This document shows positions 27,267 to 36,366 of a stretch of 64,000 nucleotides of DNA, in pieces. The first letter of the stretch is position 1; every line of letters starts with the position of its first letter. Source of the DNA: Minisyncoccota bacterium (lineage in GTDB: Bacteria > Patescibacteriota > Minisyncoccia > Phycocordibacterales > CSBR16-193); contig JBBDRA010000002.1 in assembly GCA_040905715.1 (NCBI GenBank), positions 3,746 through 67,745 on the forward strand, in the 5' to 3' direction. The notes below the pieces were generated by a model. It was not told where the DNA came from and made no database searches. It saw nothing but the letters and a program-made list of their open reading frames with translations. The position numbers and the translations under genes are program-made.

Positions 27267-27320
27267 GGAAAGTGTTCTTAAAGTGGTTGGGGGAGGGTCT
27301 GGGCTTTAAGAACACTTTCC
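27267..27320 (-). promoter_or_regulatory. 17-bp-stem hairpin in the rplO-secY spacer
   Basis: GGAAAGTGTTCTTAAAG...CTTTAAGAACACTTTCC. The adjacent polypyrimidine CCTCCATCCTCC gives a GGAGGATGGAGG SD for secY on the minus strand. Confidence 0.4.
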
Positions 27321-27332
27321 CTATTGCGACTT

Positions 27333-27773
27333 CTACTCTACTGTACCACCCGCTGCCTCGATCTTCTCGCGAGCTGTCGCCGAGACAACACAGCCGGTGA
27401 TCACCAATTTCTTCTTCAGATCACCGCGTCCGAGCACCTTCACTATCGGAACCTTTTTCCTAACCGGGGCAACTAACTTCATCTCCACCAAAACGTCCGG
27501 CGTCACGCTCTCACCGCTCTTGAATGCCTCTTGAAGCACATCAAGGTTAACAACTGCCGACGCTTCGCTTCGAGGAAGCAAGCGATGGGTGCTACGACCG
27601 CGCAGCTTAGGCAAACGCTTCATCTCGTCGCGTATCTCCGGACGGATCTTGTGGCCTGCCCGTGCCTTCTGACCTTTGGTGCCACGACCGGAGGTTTTAC
27701 CACGTTTGCCACCACGCCCAACCTGGCGGCTGGTTTGGTTTGGATGATTTCGTTGAATGTCGTGAAGTTGCAT
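27333..27773 (-). CDS. rplO: ribosomal protein L15
   Basis: MQLHDIQRNHPNQTSRQVGRGGKRGKTSGRGTKGQKARAG. Confidence 0.9.
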   Translation of the reverse strand: MQLHDIQRNHPNQTSRQVGRGGKRGKTSGRGTKGQKARAGHKIRPEIRDEMKRLPKLRGRSTHRLLPRSEASAVVNLDVLQEAFKSGESVTPDVLVEMKLVAPVRKKVPIVKVLGRGDLKKKLVITGCVVSATAREKIEAAGGTVE

Positions 27774-27803
27774 AATACTAGGTTCTGACCACTGGCCTCA
27801 AAT

Positions 27804-28472
27804 TTATTTTATATCGCTCTTCGTATCACTTGAAGCCGCGCTTTCTGTTGTTTGTTCTTTTTTATCTTCGCCACCGCTCTTTTTCACAGCCGGAAGTTTC
27901 TTTAACGCCTCAACTGTAGCACGGGCATTATTTAAACTATTCTTGCTTCTTGAAAGAAGCTTTGCACTGATATCCTGCAGTCCGGCAAGCTCTACAACCG
28001 GTCGAACAGCTCCTCCCGCGATGATCCCTTTTCCGGGTGATGGCATCAATAACACTCTTGAGGCGCTATACTTCGCCTCTGTCTCACACGGAATGGACAT
28101 TTCTTTCGTGGTTGTCACCGTTATCATGTTGCGCTTTGCGTTACGAAACGCTTTTTCGATCGCAACCGGAGTGTCACCGGCCTTACCCATCCCCACCCCA
28201 ATACGCCCTTTCCGATCACCGGCAACAAGTGTTACCCGGAAGCTAAATCGACGGCCTCCTGATACCACACGTGTCACACGACGAATATCCAGTACGTTGT
28301 GGTCGAACTCCGGCTTTGCCCGCTCTTCGCGACCGCGACCTCTTCCACGCCCTTTACGCCCGCCCTTAGCACCACCGCGCGCACCTTGGCCGCCGCGAGA
28401 TCCGGCCTTACCGGACACAGGCTTCTGTGATGTGGTTGTCTCTGTTTTCTTGTCAGTACTTGCTGTTGGCAT
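27804..28472 (-). CDS. rpsE: ribosomal protein S5 with Gly/Arg-rich N-terminal extension
   Basis: RVTRVVSGGRRFSFRVTLVAGDRKGRIGVGMGKAGDTPVAIEKA. Confidence 0.9.
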   Translation of the reverse strand: MPTASTDKKTETTTSQKPVSGKAGSRGGQGARGGAKGGRKGRGRGRGREERAKPEFDHNVLDIRRVTRVVSGGRRFSFRVTLVAGDRKGRIGVGMGKAGDTPVAIEKAFRNAKRNMITVTTTKEMSIPCETEAKYSASRVLLMPSPGKGIIAGGAVRPVVELAGLQDISAKLLSRSKNSLNNARATVEALKKLPAVKKSGGEDKKEQTTESAASSDTKSDIK

Positions 28473-28495
28473 AATATAAATTTAGAACTCAGTAT

Positions 28496-28840
28496 TTAGA
28501 ACGTGAGGCCGCCCTCACGAGCACCGTCAGCCAGTGCCTTGACCTTACCGGTGTAAATATAACCTCCGCGATCGAACACCGCCTTGTCTATCTTGTGTTT
28601 CTTCGCTGCTTCGGCAAGTTCTTTGCCCGCAGCGGCGGCGCGCTCAACGCCGGTCGCCTCTTTCTTGCCACGCGTGGTCACAGAAGCGATCGTCTGGCTC
28701 TCCTCATCGTTGATCAACTGAGCTGTAATAGCCGTGTTTGACTTGAACACAGCCAATCGAGGCCGCTCAGCAGTTCCCGCCACCTTAGCGCGAATACGCC
28801 GTCGACGTCGTTCTCGTTGTGTGTGGATCGTAGGTGCCAT
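28496..28840 (-). CDS. rplR: ribosomal protein L18
   Basis: RPRLAVFKSNTAITAQLINDEESQTIASVTT. Confidence 0.9.
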   Translation of the reverse strand: MAPTIHTQRERRRRRIRAKVAGTAERPRLAVFKSNTAITAQLINDEESQTIASVTTRGKKEATGVERAAAAGKELAEAAKKHKIDKAVFDRGGYIYTGKVKALADGAREGGLTF

Positions 28841-28845
28841 ATGTA

Positions 28846-29382
28846 TTAAACGCTTGTCTTACCTTCCTTGCGACGGATAACTTCGTCTTCATAACGAATA
28901 CCCTTGCCCTTGTACGGCTCCGGTTTCTTCGTGCTTCTGACACGAGCAGCGAACTGACCGACAAGCTCCTTATCAGTACCATTGATCGTAATAATATTAT
29001 CTGCTGCGGTAACAGTAAGCCCCTCCGGTACCGGAAGCACAACGGGGTGAGAAAAACCGATAGTCAGTTTCAAATTGCTCCCCTGAACCTCTGAGCGAAA
29101 TCCAACACCCTCAACTATCAGTTTCTTGGTAAAGGTCTCGTTTACTCCTTGGATCATGTTCGCGATATGAGATGCATATGTGCCCCAGAGAGCGCGAACC
29201 TGACTACCGCTCCCTTTGGGAGCAAGCGTAACCTTACTATCTTCAATAGTGATAGCAATAGAGGGCTTAAAGGATCGCGAAAGCTCTCCTTTCGGACCTT
29301 TTACCGTAAGCACACCGTTATCATCCTGAGCAACCTCAGTCTGAGAAGGAATTTCTATAATTTGTGAACCAATACGGGACAT
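28846..29382 (-). CDS. rplF: ribosomal protein L6
   Basis: MSRIGSQIIEIPSQTEVAQDDNGVLTVKGPKGELS. Confidence 0.9.
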   Translation of the reverse strand: MSRIGSQIIEIPSQTEVAQDDNGVLTVKGPKGELSRSFKPSIAITIEDSKVTLAPKGSGSQVRALWGTYASHIANMIQGVNETFTKKLIVEGVGFRSEVQGSNLKLTIGFSHPVVLPVPEGLTVTAADNIITINGTDKELVGQFAARVRSTKKPEPYKGKGIRYEDEVIRRKEGKTSV

Positions 29383-29392
29383 AATTTTAAGT

Positions 29393-29490
29393 TCTAGGCG
29401 CTAGGCGCTAGGCTTTTTGTAGTAGATCCTGAGACACATCCTCTCACAGGAGGTATCAGCTTAATACAAAAAGCCTAATTCCTAAACGGT
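29393..29490 (-). repeat. structured intergenic element, family E (GGCGCTAGGC tandem repeats plus AGGCTTTTTGTA...TACAAAAAGCCT hairpin) in the rpsH-rplF spacer
   Basis: CTAGGCGCTAGGCGCTAGGCTTTTTGTAG...ACAAAAAGCCTAAT. A related element sits at 43964-44034. Confidence 0.55.
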
Positions 29491-29495
29491 TACTG

Positions 29496-29885
29496 TTACC
29501 AGATGGTGAACAGTATCTCGCCACCAACATTTTCTTTACGAGCCTCCTCTGCGGTCATAACTCCTCGAGGAGTTGAGAGGACCGCGTGACCATAGCCGTG
29601 GCGGACCGGTCGAAGGTTCTTTGATTTCTCATACACTCGACGAGACACCTTTGAGATACGATTCGTTCCTTCGATCGCACTCTTACCCTGCTCGTCCTGA
29701 CTCATGTGAATTTCGATCACCTTTGTAGGCTGGCTCCCCTTGTGATCAGCACCACTAATGTACCCGTGCTTAGCAAGTGTTTCCGCAATTGCCATCTTCA
29801 GCTTCGAATACGGAATAGTCACCGACGGCTTTCCGGCGGTGTTCGCGTTCTTGATCTGAATTAGCATGTCAGCGATAGGATCCAT
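29496..29885 (-). CDS. rpsH: ribosomal protein S8
   Basis: MDPIADMLIQIKNANTAGK... The open frame extends to 29912 but would then read through the repeat element, so the start is set at 29885. Confidence 0.9.
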   Translation of the reverse strand: MDPIADMLIQIKNANTAGKPSVTIPYSKLKMAIAETLAKHGYISGADHKGSQPTKVIEIHMSQDEQGKSAIEGTNRISKVSRRVYEKSKNLRPVRHGYGHAVLSTPRGVMTAEEARKENVGGEILFTIW

Positions 29886-29904
29886 AGATGAATTCGTTGT
29901 TATT

Positions 29905-30001
29905 GAGAGCAAGCTTTGCTTACTCTAACAAGTGAGGAGCGAAACGGGAATGCGTCAGCATTCACATTTCGTCCGAACGCAGTTAGAGCAAGCTTTGCTT
30001 A
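29905..30001 (-). repeat. structured intergenic element, short variant of family R, bounded by an 18-nt direct repeat AGAGCAAGCTTTGCTTAC
   Basis: Direct repeats at 29905-29922 and 29984-30001. The core ACAAGTGAGGAGCGAAACGGGAATGCGTCAGCATTC resembles the 5' part of the 31352 and 37183 elements. The second repeat copy overlaps the rpsN stop codon. Confidence 0.55.
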
Positions 30002-30184
30002 CCAACTTGCTTTCTTAATACCGGGCACTTCACCGCGGTTCGCTCTCTCACGAAAGCAGATGCGGCACAATCCAAAGTCACGCATGTACCCGCGAACTCG
30101 ACCGCACAAAACACATCGTCGAATTGTTCGAGTTGAGTATTTTGGCGTCTTTTTTGATTTTGCGATGAGTGCTTTACGTGCCAT
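29999..30184 (-). CDS. rpsN: ribosomal protein S14 (zinc-ribbon type Z)
   Basis: 61 aa with [20 protein letters not shown]. Confidence 0.9.
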   Translation of the reverse strand: MARKALIAKSKKTPKYSTRTIRRCVLCGRVRGYMRDFGLCRICFRERANRGEVPGIKKASW

Positions 30185-30214
30185 AGATACTTCGTTTGTT
30201 CTTCCTTCTAGCTC

Positions 30215-30300
30215 TCCAAATAAAAATGCCCTTTCGAGCCGCGCTTATTTCAAAGCTTGTCCAGAACAATGAGGAGCATGCTTGCATGCTATCCTCGATC
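30215..30300 (-). repeat. intergenic element, family F (AAATAAAAATGCCCTYTCGAGC ... CATGCTATCCT) in the rplE-rpsN spacer
   Basis: Shares two blocks with 34388-34445. The surrounding rplE-rpsN spacer is 291 bp, which is unusually long for this operon. Confidence 0.45.
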
Positions 30301-30475
30301 GTCGTCACAGACATATCCGGCATAAAACGGTTTCTCACTGATAGACGTATACTATGCGTCTATCACTTCGGCACCGTTTTCTGCCACGAATCTGTCTGCA
30401 ACTTTGGATCGAGACAAGGCTTTTCAATAAGCTCCCGCCATCCTAGCAGGACATGTACCCAATGTCAACGCGAGA

Positions 30476-31024
30476 CTACGCCTTAACTTCCTCCTTTTGG
30501 AAAGGGAATCCAAGGTGTCGGAAGAACCCTTCAGCAGTTTCGCGATCATTCGAGGTAGTAACGATCGTGATACCCATTCCAAAGACATTCCTCAACTCCT
30601 CATCACTGGTTTCCGGGAAAATAGTGTGCTCCTGGATACCAAGCGTGTAGTTGCCCATCTCATCGATCGGCTTTGTTGGAATGCCGTGAAAGTCCTTCAT
30701 GCGCGGCATCGCCAAGTGAATAACCTTATCGAGAAAGTTATACATTAACTCGCCACGCAGTGTTACCTGGTAGCCTACCGGCGTACCCTCACGAAGCCCG
30801 AATGCTGCGATCGACTGCTTTGCCAATGTCCGCACCGGTCGCTGTCCGGTGATACGGGCCAATCGATCCTCAATGATCTCAATCTTCTCTTTGTCCTTAG
30901 TTGAACCGGTGCCGATATTGACCACGATCTTCTCCAGACGAGGCGTTTCCATTCGATTAGTATAACCGAATTGGTCTTTCAGTGCGTCAAACGCGGTTTG
31001 TTGTTTTTGTTTTACTGATTCCAT
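30476..31024 (-). CDS. rplE: ribosomal protein L5
   Basis: RMETPRLEKIVVNIGTG...GMGITIVTT. Confidence 0.9.
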   Translation of the reverse strand: MESVKQKQQTAFDALKDQFGYTNRMETPRLEKIVVNIGTGSTKDKEKIEIIEDRLARITGQRPVRTLAKQSIAAFGLREGTPVGYQVTLRGELMYNFLDKVIHLAMPRMKDFHGIPTKPIDEMGNYTLGIQEHTIFPETSDEELRNVFGMGITIVTTSNDRETAEGFFRHLGFPFQKEEVKA

Positions 31025-31032
31025 ACTATAAA

Positions 31033-31341
31033 CTAAATACTTTTGCCGCTTTTTTTGCTTATCCGAACTTTTTTCCCTTTATCGTCTGTCTTATAACCAA
31101 CGCGGGTTGGTTTTCCGGAATCCGGGTCAACAAGAGCAACATTTGATACATCGATCGGCTGATCGATCTCAATGATCTCGCCGTGCTTGTTCGACGCCTT
31201 CGATCGTTGATGCTTTTTCTTAGTATTAACACCATCGACGACCACTTTGTTCTCAGCAGACAGCGTTTTAGACACGACACCTACGGTGCCCTTGTCTTTG
31301 CCTGCTATCACTATTACGTTGTCATTTTTTTTGATTTTCAT
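31033..31341 (-). CDS. rplX: ribosomal protein L24
   Basis: MKIKKNDNVIVIAGKDKGTVGVV (KOW motif). Confidence 0.9.
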   Translation of the reverse strand: MKIKKNDNVIVIAGKDKGTVGVVSKTLSAENKVVVDGVNTKKKHQRSKASNKHGEIIEIDQPIDVSNVALVDPDSGKPTRVGYKTDDKGKKVRISKKSGKSI

Positions 31342-31351
31342 ATATCGATTA

Positions 31352-31484
31352 CTTCGACAAGCGAGGAGCGGTCGGGAGCTTACCTGCGAATCAGGATGCT
31401 CCCGATTTCTTAGCTTCGGAGAAGCTGTAGAAATCGCAGTCCTGTGCTCCCGTTGTGTCCGAGCGCCGTCGAAGCAAGGTTTGC
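31352..31484 (-). repeat. ~130-nt structured repeat, family R copy 1, in the rplN-rplX spacer
   Basis: About 90% identical to 37183-37310. It contains terminal inverted repeats CTTCGAC...GTCGAAG and internal hairpins GGGAGC...GCTCCC and AGCTTC-gga-GAAGCT. It abuts the rplN stop codon. Confidence 0.65.
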
Positions 31485-31856
31485 TTACAAGATCTCCGGC
31501 GCAAGCGACGCAATACGCTGAAAACCCTTCTCGCTTATCTCGCGCGGAATCGGTCCGAAGATACGGCCACCGATAGGCTCAACTCCTTTATCATCAACCA
31601 ATACAACCGCATTCTCATCGAATCGGATATACGAGCCGTCTTTTCGTCGATAGGCGTCCCGCTGGCGAACAATAACCGCTCGCATAACCGCTTTCTTCTT
31701 TACCTGCTTACGAGGCTCTGCCCGCTGAACCGCCAGCACAACCAGATCCCCGACTCGCGCATACCGGCGACGTGATCCACCAAGAACCTTGAACACCTTG
31801 CCGATGCGAGCGCCTGAGTTATCTGCGATTTTTACTATGCTGCCTTCTTGGATCAT
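31485..31856 (-). CDS. rplN: ribosomal protein L14
   Basis: MIQEGSIVKIADNSGARIGKVFKVLGGSRRRYARVGD. Confidence 0.92.
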   Translation of the reverse strand: MIQEGSIVKIADNSGARIGKVFKVLGGSRRRYARVGDLVVLAVQRAEPRKQVKKKAVMRAVIVRQRDAYRRKDGSYIRFDENAVVLVDDKGVEPIGGRIFGPIPREISEKGFQRIASLAPEIL

Positions 31857-31865
31857 ATAAGTATA

Positions 31866-32156
31866 TTATTCTTCGGACGACGTGTTATCGGTTTCTACCG
31901 GCACTCGATTCACAACGACAAAACGTTTGTCCTTTGAGATCGGTCGCGACTCCTGAATGGTCACCTTGTCACCTACCCGGCACTCGTTCTTTTCATCGTG
32001 TGCTTTGTAACGCTTGTTCGGCGCAATGTACTTTTTGTACCTTGGGTGCTGCACAAAACGAGTAGTTTCAACCACGATCGTTTTGTTGCTCACATCTGAT
32101 ACAACCACCCCTTCCAGAGTGCGTCCTGTATTCTGTTGTGCCGTTGTAGATTCCAT
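31866..32156 (-). CDS. rpsQ: ribosomal protein S17
   Basis: [33 protein letters not shown]. Start set at 32156 (MESTTAQQ...) to avoid overlapping rpmC; the open frame extends to 32204. Confidence 0.85.
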   Translation of the reverse strand: MESTTAQQNTGRTLEGVVVSDVSNKTIVVETTRFVQHPRYKKYIAPNKRYKAHDEKNECRVGDKVTIQESRPISKDKRFVVVNRVPVETDNTSSEE

Positions 32157-32160
32157 ATGA

Positions 32161-32352
32161 TTAAGATGTGACGCGCTGGTTGAGCTCAGTGAGTATTCGA
32201 GCAATATCTTTACGAAGATTGCGCCCCTCCTTCACGTCTCGTGTTTTGGTCCCGGCAATATTAAAACGAAACTCACGCAGTTCCTTGCGCTTTTCATTCA
32301 ATGCCTTGCCGAGTTCGGACTCGGCCATATCTGTATAGTTCTGCTGGGACAT
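32161..32352 (-). CDS. rpmC: ribosomal protein L29
   Basis: 63 aa, [34 protein letters not shown]. Confidence 0.85.
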   Translation of the reverse strand: MSQQNYTDMAESELGKALNEKRKELREFRFNIAGTKTRDVKEGRNLRKDIARILTELNQRVTS

Positions 32353-32406
32353 AAATCGAAATTTAAGCTATCACACAATTACGTTACAAGCAACTTTACA
32401 CGCTCC

Positions 32407-32823
32407 TTAGTGTCGGCCCACGAACCTCGTGCGCACCGGCAGCTTTGTGCCAGCCTTTCGAAGAGCCTCACGTGCTGCCTCTTCTGAGATACCGTCGACC
32501 TCAAACAGTACCTGACCGGGACTGATCGGGGCACAGTACCCTTCCGGATCACCCTTACCCTTACCAAGCTTCACCTCCGCCGGTTTTTTGGTAAACGGCA
32601 TATCCGGAAATATACGGATCCAGACCTTACCCATTTTGCCAACATTTCGAGACAGCACTTTACGAGCTGCTTCGATCTGACGCGATGTTATCCGTTCATG
32701 GTCGACCGTTTTCATGCCGTACGCACCGAAGTTTACTTCAGTACCACGGCTGGCCATACCACGCTTTGCAGGGTGCTTGCGCGCTGTTTGCCATTTTCGA
32801 AATTTTACTTTTTTGGGAAACAT
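32407..32823 (-). CDS. rplP: ribosomal protein L16
   Basis: MFPKKVKFRKWQTARKHPAKRGMASRGTEVNFGAYGMKT. Confidence 0.92.
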   Translation of the reverse strand: MFPKKVKFRKWQTARKHPAKRGMASRGTEVNFGAYGMKTVDHERITSRQIEAARKVLSRNVGKMGKVWIRIFPDMPFTKKPAEVKLGKGKGDPEGYCAPISPGQVLFEVDGISEEAAREALRKAGTKLPVRTRFVGRH

Positions 32824-32834
32824 AATACTAAAAG

Positions 32835-33515
32835 CTATACACTTCGGACTGAACGCTGATCTTCTTCGAACACCTCACCTCGATAGATCCAAACTTTTAT
32901 ACCGAGGTGTCCGTACGGCAACCACGCCTCAATAAGTGCGTAATCAATATCCGCGCGAAATGTCTGAAGTGGGATCTGCCCCTGCTGAGTCTTCTCTACT
33001 CGTGACATTTCTGCGCCACCTAATCGACCGGATAGTTCGATTCGCACACCACGCACATCTTTATTCGCCATAACCTTCTCGGCTGTTTGCTTCATCACCC
33101 GACGGAACGGCATACGCTTCTCAAGTCCCTCACGGATCATCTGACCAACAATAGCCGCGTCTGACTCCGGAGAACGAACCTCTTTCACATCAAGCTTTAA
33201 CTCTGCGGTAACCGGAACTTGGTTGCGACGAAGCATTGCTTCGATCTCTTTCTTGATCTTGACCGCTCCCTCACCGTTACGACCGATAATAACACCCGGA
33301 CGTGACGACTCAACAATAACCGTAAGCTCTTTTTCGTTGCGTTCGATGTTGATAGAGCTTACATACATGTTCGCAAGCCGCTTTTTCAAAAACTCACGGA
33401 TCAAAAGATCACCTTTAAGGTATTCACGGTATTTTTCTTTCGCCCCAAACCAACGTGACTTCCAGTCACGGAGAATACCGAGGCGATGTGAATATGGGTG
33501 AACAATGTGAGTCAT
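32835..33515 (-). CDS. rpsC: ribosomal protein S3
   Basis: MTHIVHPYSHRLGILRDWKSRWFGAKEKYREYL...GVIIGRNGEGAVKIK (KH domain). Confidence 0.92.
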   Translation of the reverse strand: MTHIVHPYSHRLGILRDWKSRWFGAKEKYREYLKGDLLIREFLKKRLANMYVSSINIERNEKELTVIVESSRPGVIIGRNGEGAVKIKKEIEAMLRRNQVPVTAELKLDVKEVRSPESDAAIVGQMIREGLEKRMPFRRVMKQTAEKVMANKDVRGVRIELSGRLGGAEMSRVEKTQQGQIPLQTFRADIDYALIEAWLPYGHLGIKVWIYRGEVFEEDQRSVRSV

Positions 33516-33550
33516 ATATCAATACTTAGTAATTCGTAGATCGTATAAAA

Positions 33551-33967
33551 TTAAGCAGCTGCTTTTGCGGTAGTCTTCTTTTTAGGTGCCTTCTTTTCAG
33601 TTTTCTTTGTCTCAGCTTTCTTATTGGTTTTTTTGGAAACGAATTCTTCAAGCTCAACAAAAACATGAGAATTGCGCTTGCGAATGACCTTCGCCTGCCC
33701 CTGAGCTGCCGGCATTCGGCGGAAAAGGATCAACCCGTCATTTACTGTTGCCTCCTTAACTCGAAGCTGCCCGTCAATACCGCGCTGTCGGGCATTTGCC
33801 TGAGCAGATTCAATAAGCTTTCTCACCGGTTCAGCCGCACGCTTTGTGGTAAAACGCAGAATAGCAACCGCCTCATCGGCTGACTTACCTTTGATCAGAT
33901 CTGTCACCAGCCGTGTTTTACGCGGGGCGATCCTAAGGTTTTTTAACTTTGCGGTTGTTGTTTTCAT
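33551..33967 (-). CDS. rplV: ribosomal protein L22 with Lys-rich C-terminal tail
   Basis: LRIAPRKTRLVTDLIKGKSADEAVAILRFTTKRAAEPVRKLIESA. Confidence 0.9.
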   Translation of the reverse strand: MKTTTAKLKNLRIAPRKTRLVTDLIKGKSADEAVAILRFTTKRAAEPVRKLIESAQANARQRGIDGQLRVKEATVNDGLILFRRMPAAQGQAKVIRKRNSHVFVELEEFVSKKTNKKAETKKTEKKAPKKKTTAKAAA

Positions 33968-33988
33968 AATACTATTCTACACAGCGCT

Positions 33989-34312
33989 CTACGCCTTTGA
34001 GGCCTGTGCCGCGGCTATTGCGCTCTGTTTCTTCTGCTGCTCAAGCTCTTTCTGGATCTTTCCACCGTGACGAATGAACTTACGCGTTGGCGCAAATTCA
34101 CCGAGACGATGACCAACCATATCCTCGGTGATAAAAACATCTACATGCACTTTTCCTTGGTGAACACCAAAGGTATAGCCAACCATTTCCGGTGCGATCT
34201 GACTATCGCGTGACCATGTCTTAATAACCCCAACCTGTTTTGGGTCTTTCCCTTCGATCTTTTTCAAGAGCTTGGGGTCAACGTATGGTCCTTTTTTAAG
34301 TGATCGTGTCAT
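33989..34312 (-). CDS. rpsS: ribosomal protein S19
   Basis: [19 protein letters not shown]...[18 protein letters not shown]. Confidence 0.92.
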   Translation of the reverse strand: MTRSLKKGPYVDPKLLKKIEGKDPKQVGVIKTWSRDSQIAPEMVGYTFGVHQGKVHVDVFITEDMVGHRLGEFAPTRKFIRHGGKIQKELEQQKKQSAIAAAQASKA

Positions 34313-34387
34313 GAATTAGCTTATAGGTTATAACTTGCAGCTTATAGTATAGAAGAGAAAGGAATCTACTATCAGCGGTAAAGTATA

Positions 34388-34445
34388 CCCTAAATAAAAA
34401 TGCCCTCTCGAGCTCATGCTATCCTACCAGAGCAATGAATGAAGT
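34388..34445 (-). repeat. intergenic element, family F copy 2, in the rplB-rpsS spacer
   Basis: CCTAAATAAAAATGCCCTCTCGAGCTCATGCTATCCT matches blocks at 30215-30300. The rplB-rpsS spacer is 154 bp. Confidence 0.45.
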
Positions 34446-34466
34446 CAAGCGCAAATTAACCGTTTT

Positions 34467-35306
34467 CTAGCGCTTTTTAGACTTTCTTCGGGAAACAATA
34501 TTCTTATCAGAATATTTCTTCGAGGTGCGGGTTTTCTGACCAACATTGACCGGCTTGCCCCACTTGCTTTTGCGTCGCTTGCGTGCACCTCGCGCATGTG
34601 CCTCACCACCACCCATCGGGTGATCAACGGCGTTCATCGAACGACCGTTTACCTTCGGTCGGCGGTTCATCCAGCGCGCTCGTCCTGCTTTACCGATCGT
34701 CTCCAGGTGATGTTCCTCGTTCGACACTTCACCAATAGACGCCCAGGCACCGGATGGAACCCGTCGAACCTCGCTCGACGGCATCTTAACGTGCACAAAT
34801 CCCTCTTCTTTAGCAGCCACCTCAGCGTGAATACCGGCTGATCGGGCGATTCGTGAACCGCCATATGGCTTGAGCTCCACGTTGTATACAAAGGTACCAA
34901 TAGCTATATTCTTCAGCGGCAATCGATTGCCAGGCTTCAACGGCGCTTGTTCAGAGACGAGCAGTTGGTCGCCTACAGAAACGCTCTGCGGAAGTACAAT
35001 GTACCGCTTTGCTCCGTCCGCATACACAACCAGACCGATGTAAGCACTTCGGTTCGGATCATATTCAACCGTGCGAACAGTCATTGGAATATTAACCTTC
35101 TCCATTACAAAGTCGACGTCCCGATGTCGCCGCTTGTGACCACCACCTCGACGACGAGAAGTGATCCGTCCGTGAGCATTACGACCGCTTGAGCCTCGCT
35201 TACCCTTTGTAAGAGACTTGAGTGGCTTGGATGCCGTAAGCACACCTCGTGTGGATGCGGTGGTCATCTGGCGTCGTGATGGTGTTGTAGGTTTATAGTG
35301 CTTCAT
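34467..35306 (-). CDS. rplB: ribosomal protein L2
   Basis: GRNAHGRITSRRRGGGHKRRHRDVDF and the C-terminal GGGEAHARG. Confidence 0.95.
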   Translation of the reverse strand: MKHYKPTTPSRRQMTTASTRGVLTASKPLKSLTKGKRGSSGRNAHGRITSRRRGGGHKRRHRDVDFVMEKVNIPMTVRTVEYDPNRSAYIGLVVYADGAKRYIVLPQSVSVGDQLLVSEQAPLKPGNRLPLKNIAIGTFVYNVELKPYGGSRIARSAGIHAEVAAKEEGFVHVKMPSSEVRRVPSGAWASIGEVSNEEHHLETIGKAGRARWMNRRPKVNGRSMNAVDHPMGGGEAHARGARKRRKSKWGKPVNVGQKTRTSKKYSDKNIVSRRKSKKR

Positions 35307-35310
35307 AATT

Positions 35311-35673
35311 CTACATTAACTCGATCTTGTCTCCTTTCTTCAAATAAACATAAGCCTTCTTTCCACCGCGCTTAACACCGCGAATACCTCGTCGTGAAAC
35401 CGGTTTGGTAGGTATTGTGACGACATTAACCTTCGTCACCGTTACACCGTACACCCGCCGTACTGCGGCAGCGATCTCCGGCTTCTTCGTACCCGGTCTC
35501 ACATTAAATACATACACATTATCGCCGGTACCGATCGCCGCCTTCTCGGTAATACGAGGTCGCATAAGCACATCCTCAACTGCCGGCATAAGTGCGCGCT
35601 TAGCAGCATCAGAAGCACTGGTAGCTGCCTTCGAGTCTTTGCCTTCCTGTTTTTTTGATCCGAATAAAGCCAT
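35311..35673 (-). CDS. rplW: ribosomal protein L23
   Basis: NVYVFNVRPGTKKPEIAAAVRRVYGVTVTKVNVVTIP. Start set at 35673, abutting the rplD stop; the open frame extends to 35712. Confidence 0.88.
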   Translation of the reverse strand: MALFGSKKQEGKDSKAATSASDAAKRALMPAVEDVLMRPRITEKAAIGTGDNVYVFNVRPGTKKPEIAAAVRRVYGVTVTKVNVVTIPTKPVSRRGIRGVKRGGKKAYVYLKKGDKIELM

Positions 35674-35674
35674 G

Positions 35675-36355
35675 TTATGTGTTTGAAGTCTCACTTTCAA
35701 CTGAACCCTCAAGCACCTTAAGCGCCTGTTCAGGGTCAGAGATGATCACGTACTTGTACTGAGCAACATCGGTTGCGTTCAGATTACGCACCTCGTCAAA
35801 CTGCACGTTTCCAAAGTTATGAAAGCTGCGCTTTGCACCAGGAGTTGTTGATCCTACCGCAACATATGCGGCGTTCTTTCGTTTTGTTGCAAGGCTTTCA
35901 AAGCCCTTCACACCGCCAAGCGCTTCAAGTGTGCGCTTGGCCTCGGCTGTCTTTGCCTCATCAAATACAAGAGAATCGACGAACAAAACCTCGCCTTCAC
36001 GAAACTTGCGTGACAGCACAGTATACAGCGCCTTTCGTTTCATCTTCTTGTTGATCTGTCGCTGGAAGTTTTCCTCGTTGCGCGGACCATGAGTTACTCC
36101 ACCGGTTCGCCAAATAGGTGAACGTGAAGACCCGTGTCGAGCGCGACCGGTTCCTTTTTGACGCCACGGCTTTTTACCACCACCGCTCACCTCACTTCGG
36201 TCTTTCACGAAAGCCAAGTGCTGACGACGATTTGCTTGCTGAGACAGAACAACCTGATGAACCAAGTCACCGTTCCAGGCAACTCCAAAAACGCTCTCGG
36301 GAAGGTCGATCTCCCCTTTTTTAGTGCCTGCTTGTGTATAAACTGGTGCCTTCAT
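35675..36355 (-). CDS. rplD: ribosomal protein L4
   Basis: GGGKKPWRQKGTGRARHGSSRSPIWRTGGVTHGP. Confidence 0.92.
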   Translation of the reverse strand: MKAPVYTQAGTKKGEIDLPESVFGVAWNGDLVHQVVLSQQANRRQHLAFVKDRSEVSGGGKKPWRQKGTGRARHGSSRSPIWRTGGVTHGPRNEENFQRQINKKMKRKALYTVLSRKFREGEVLFVDSLVFDEAKTAEAKRTLEALGGVKGFESLATKRKNAAYVAVGSTTPGAKRSFHNFGNVQFDEVRNLNATDVAQYKYVIISDPEQALKVLEGSVESETSNT

Positions 36356-36366
36356 ATATTAGATCA

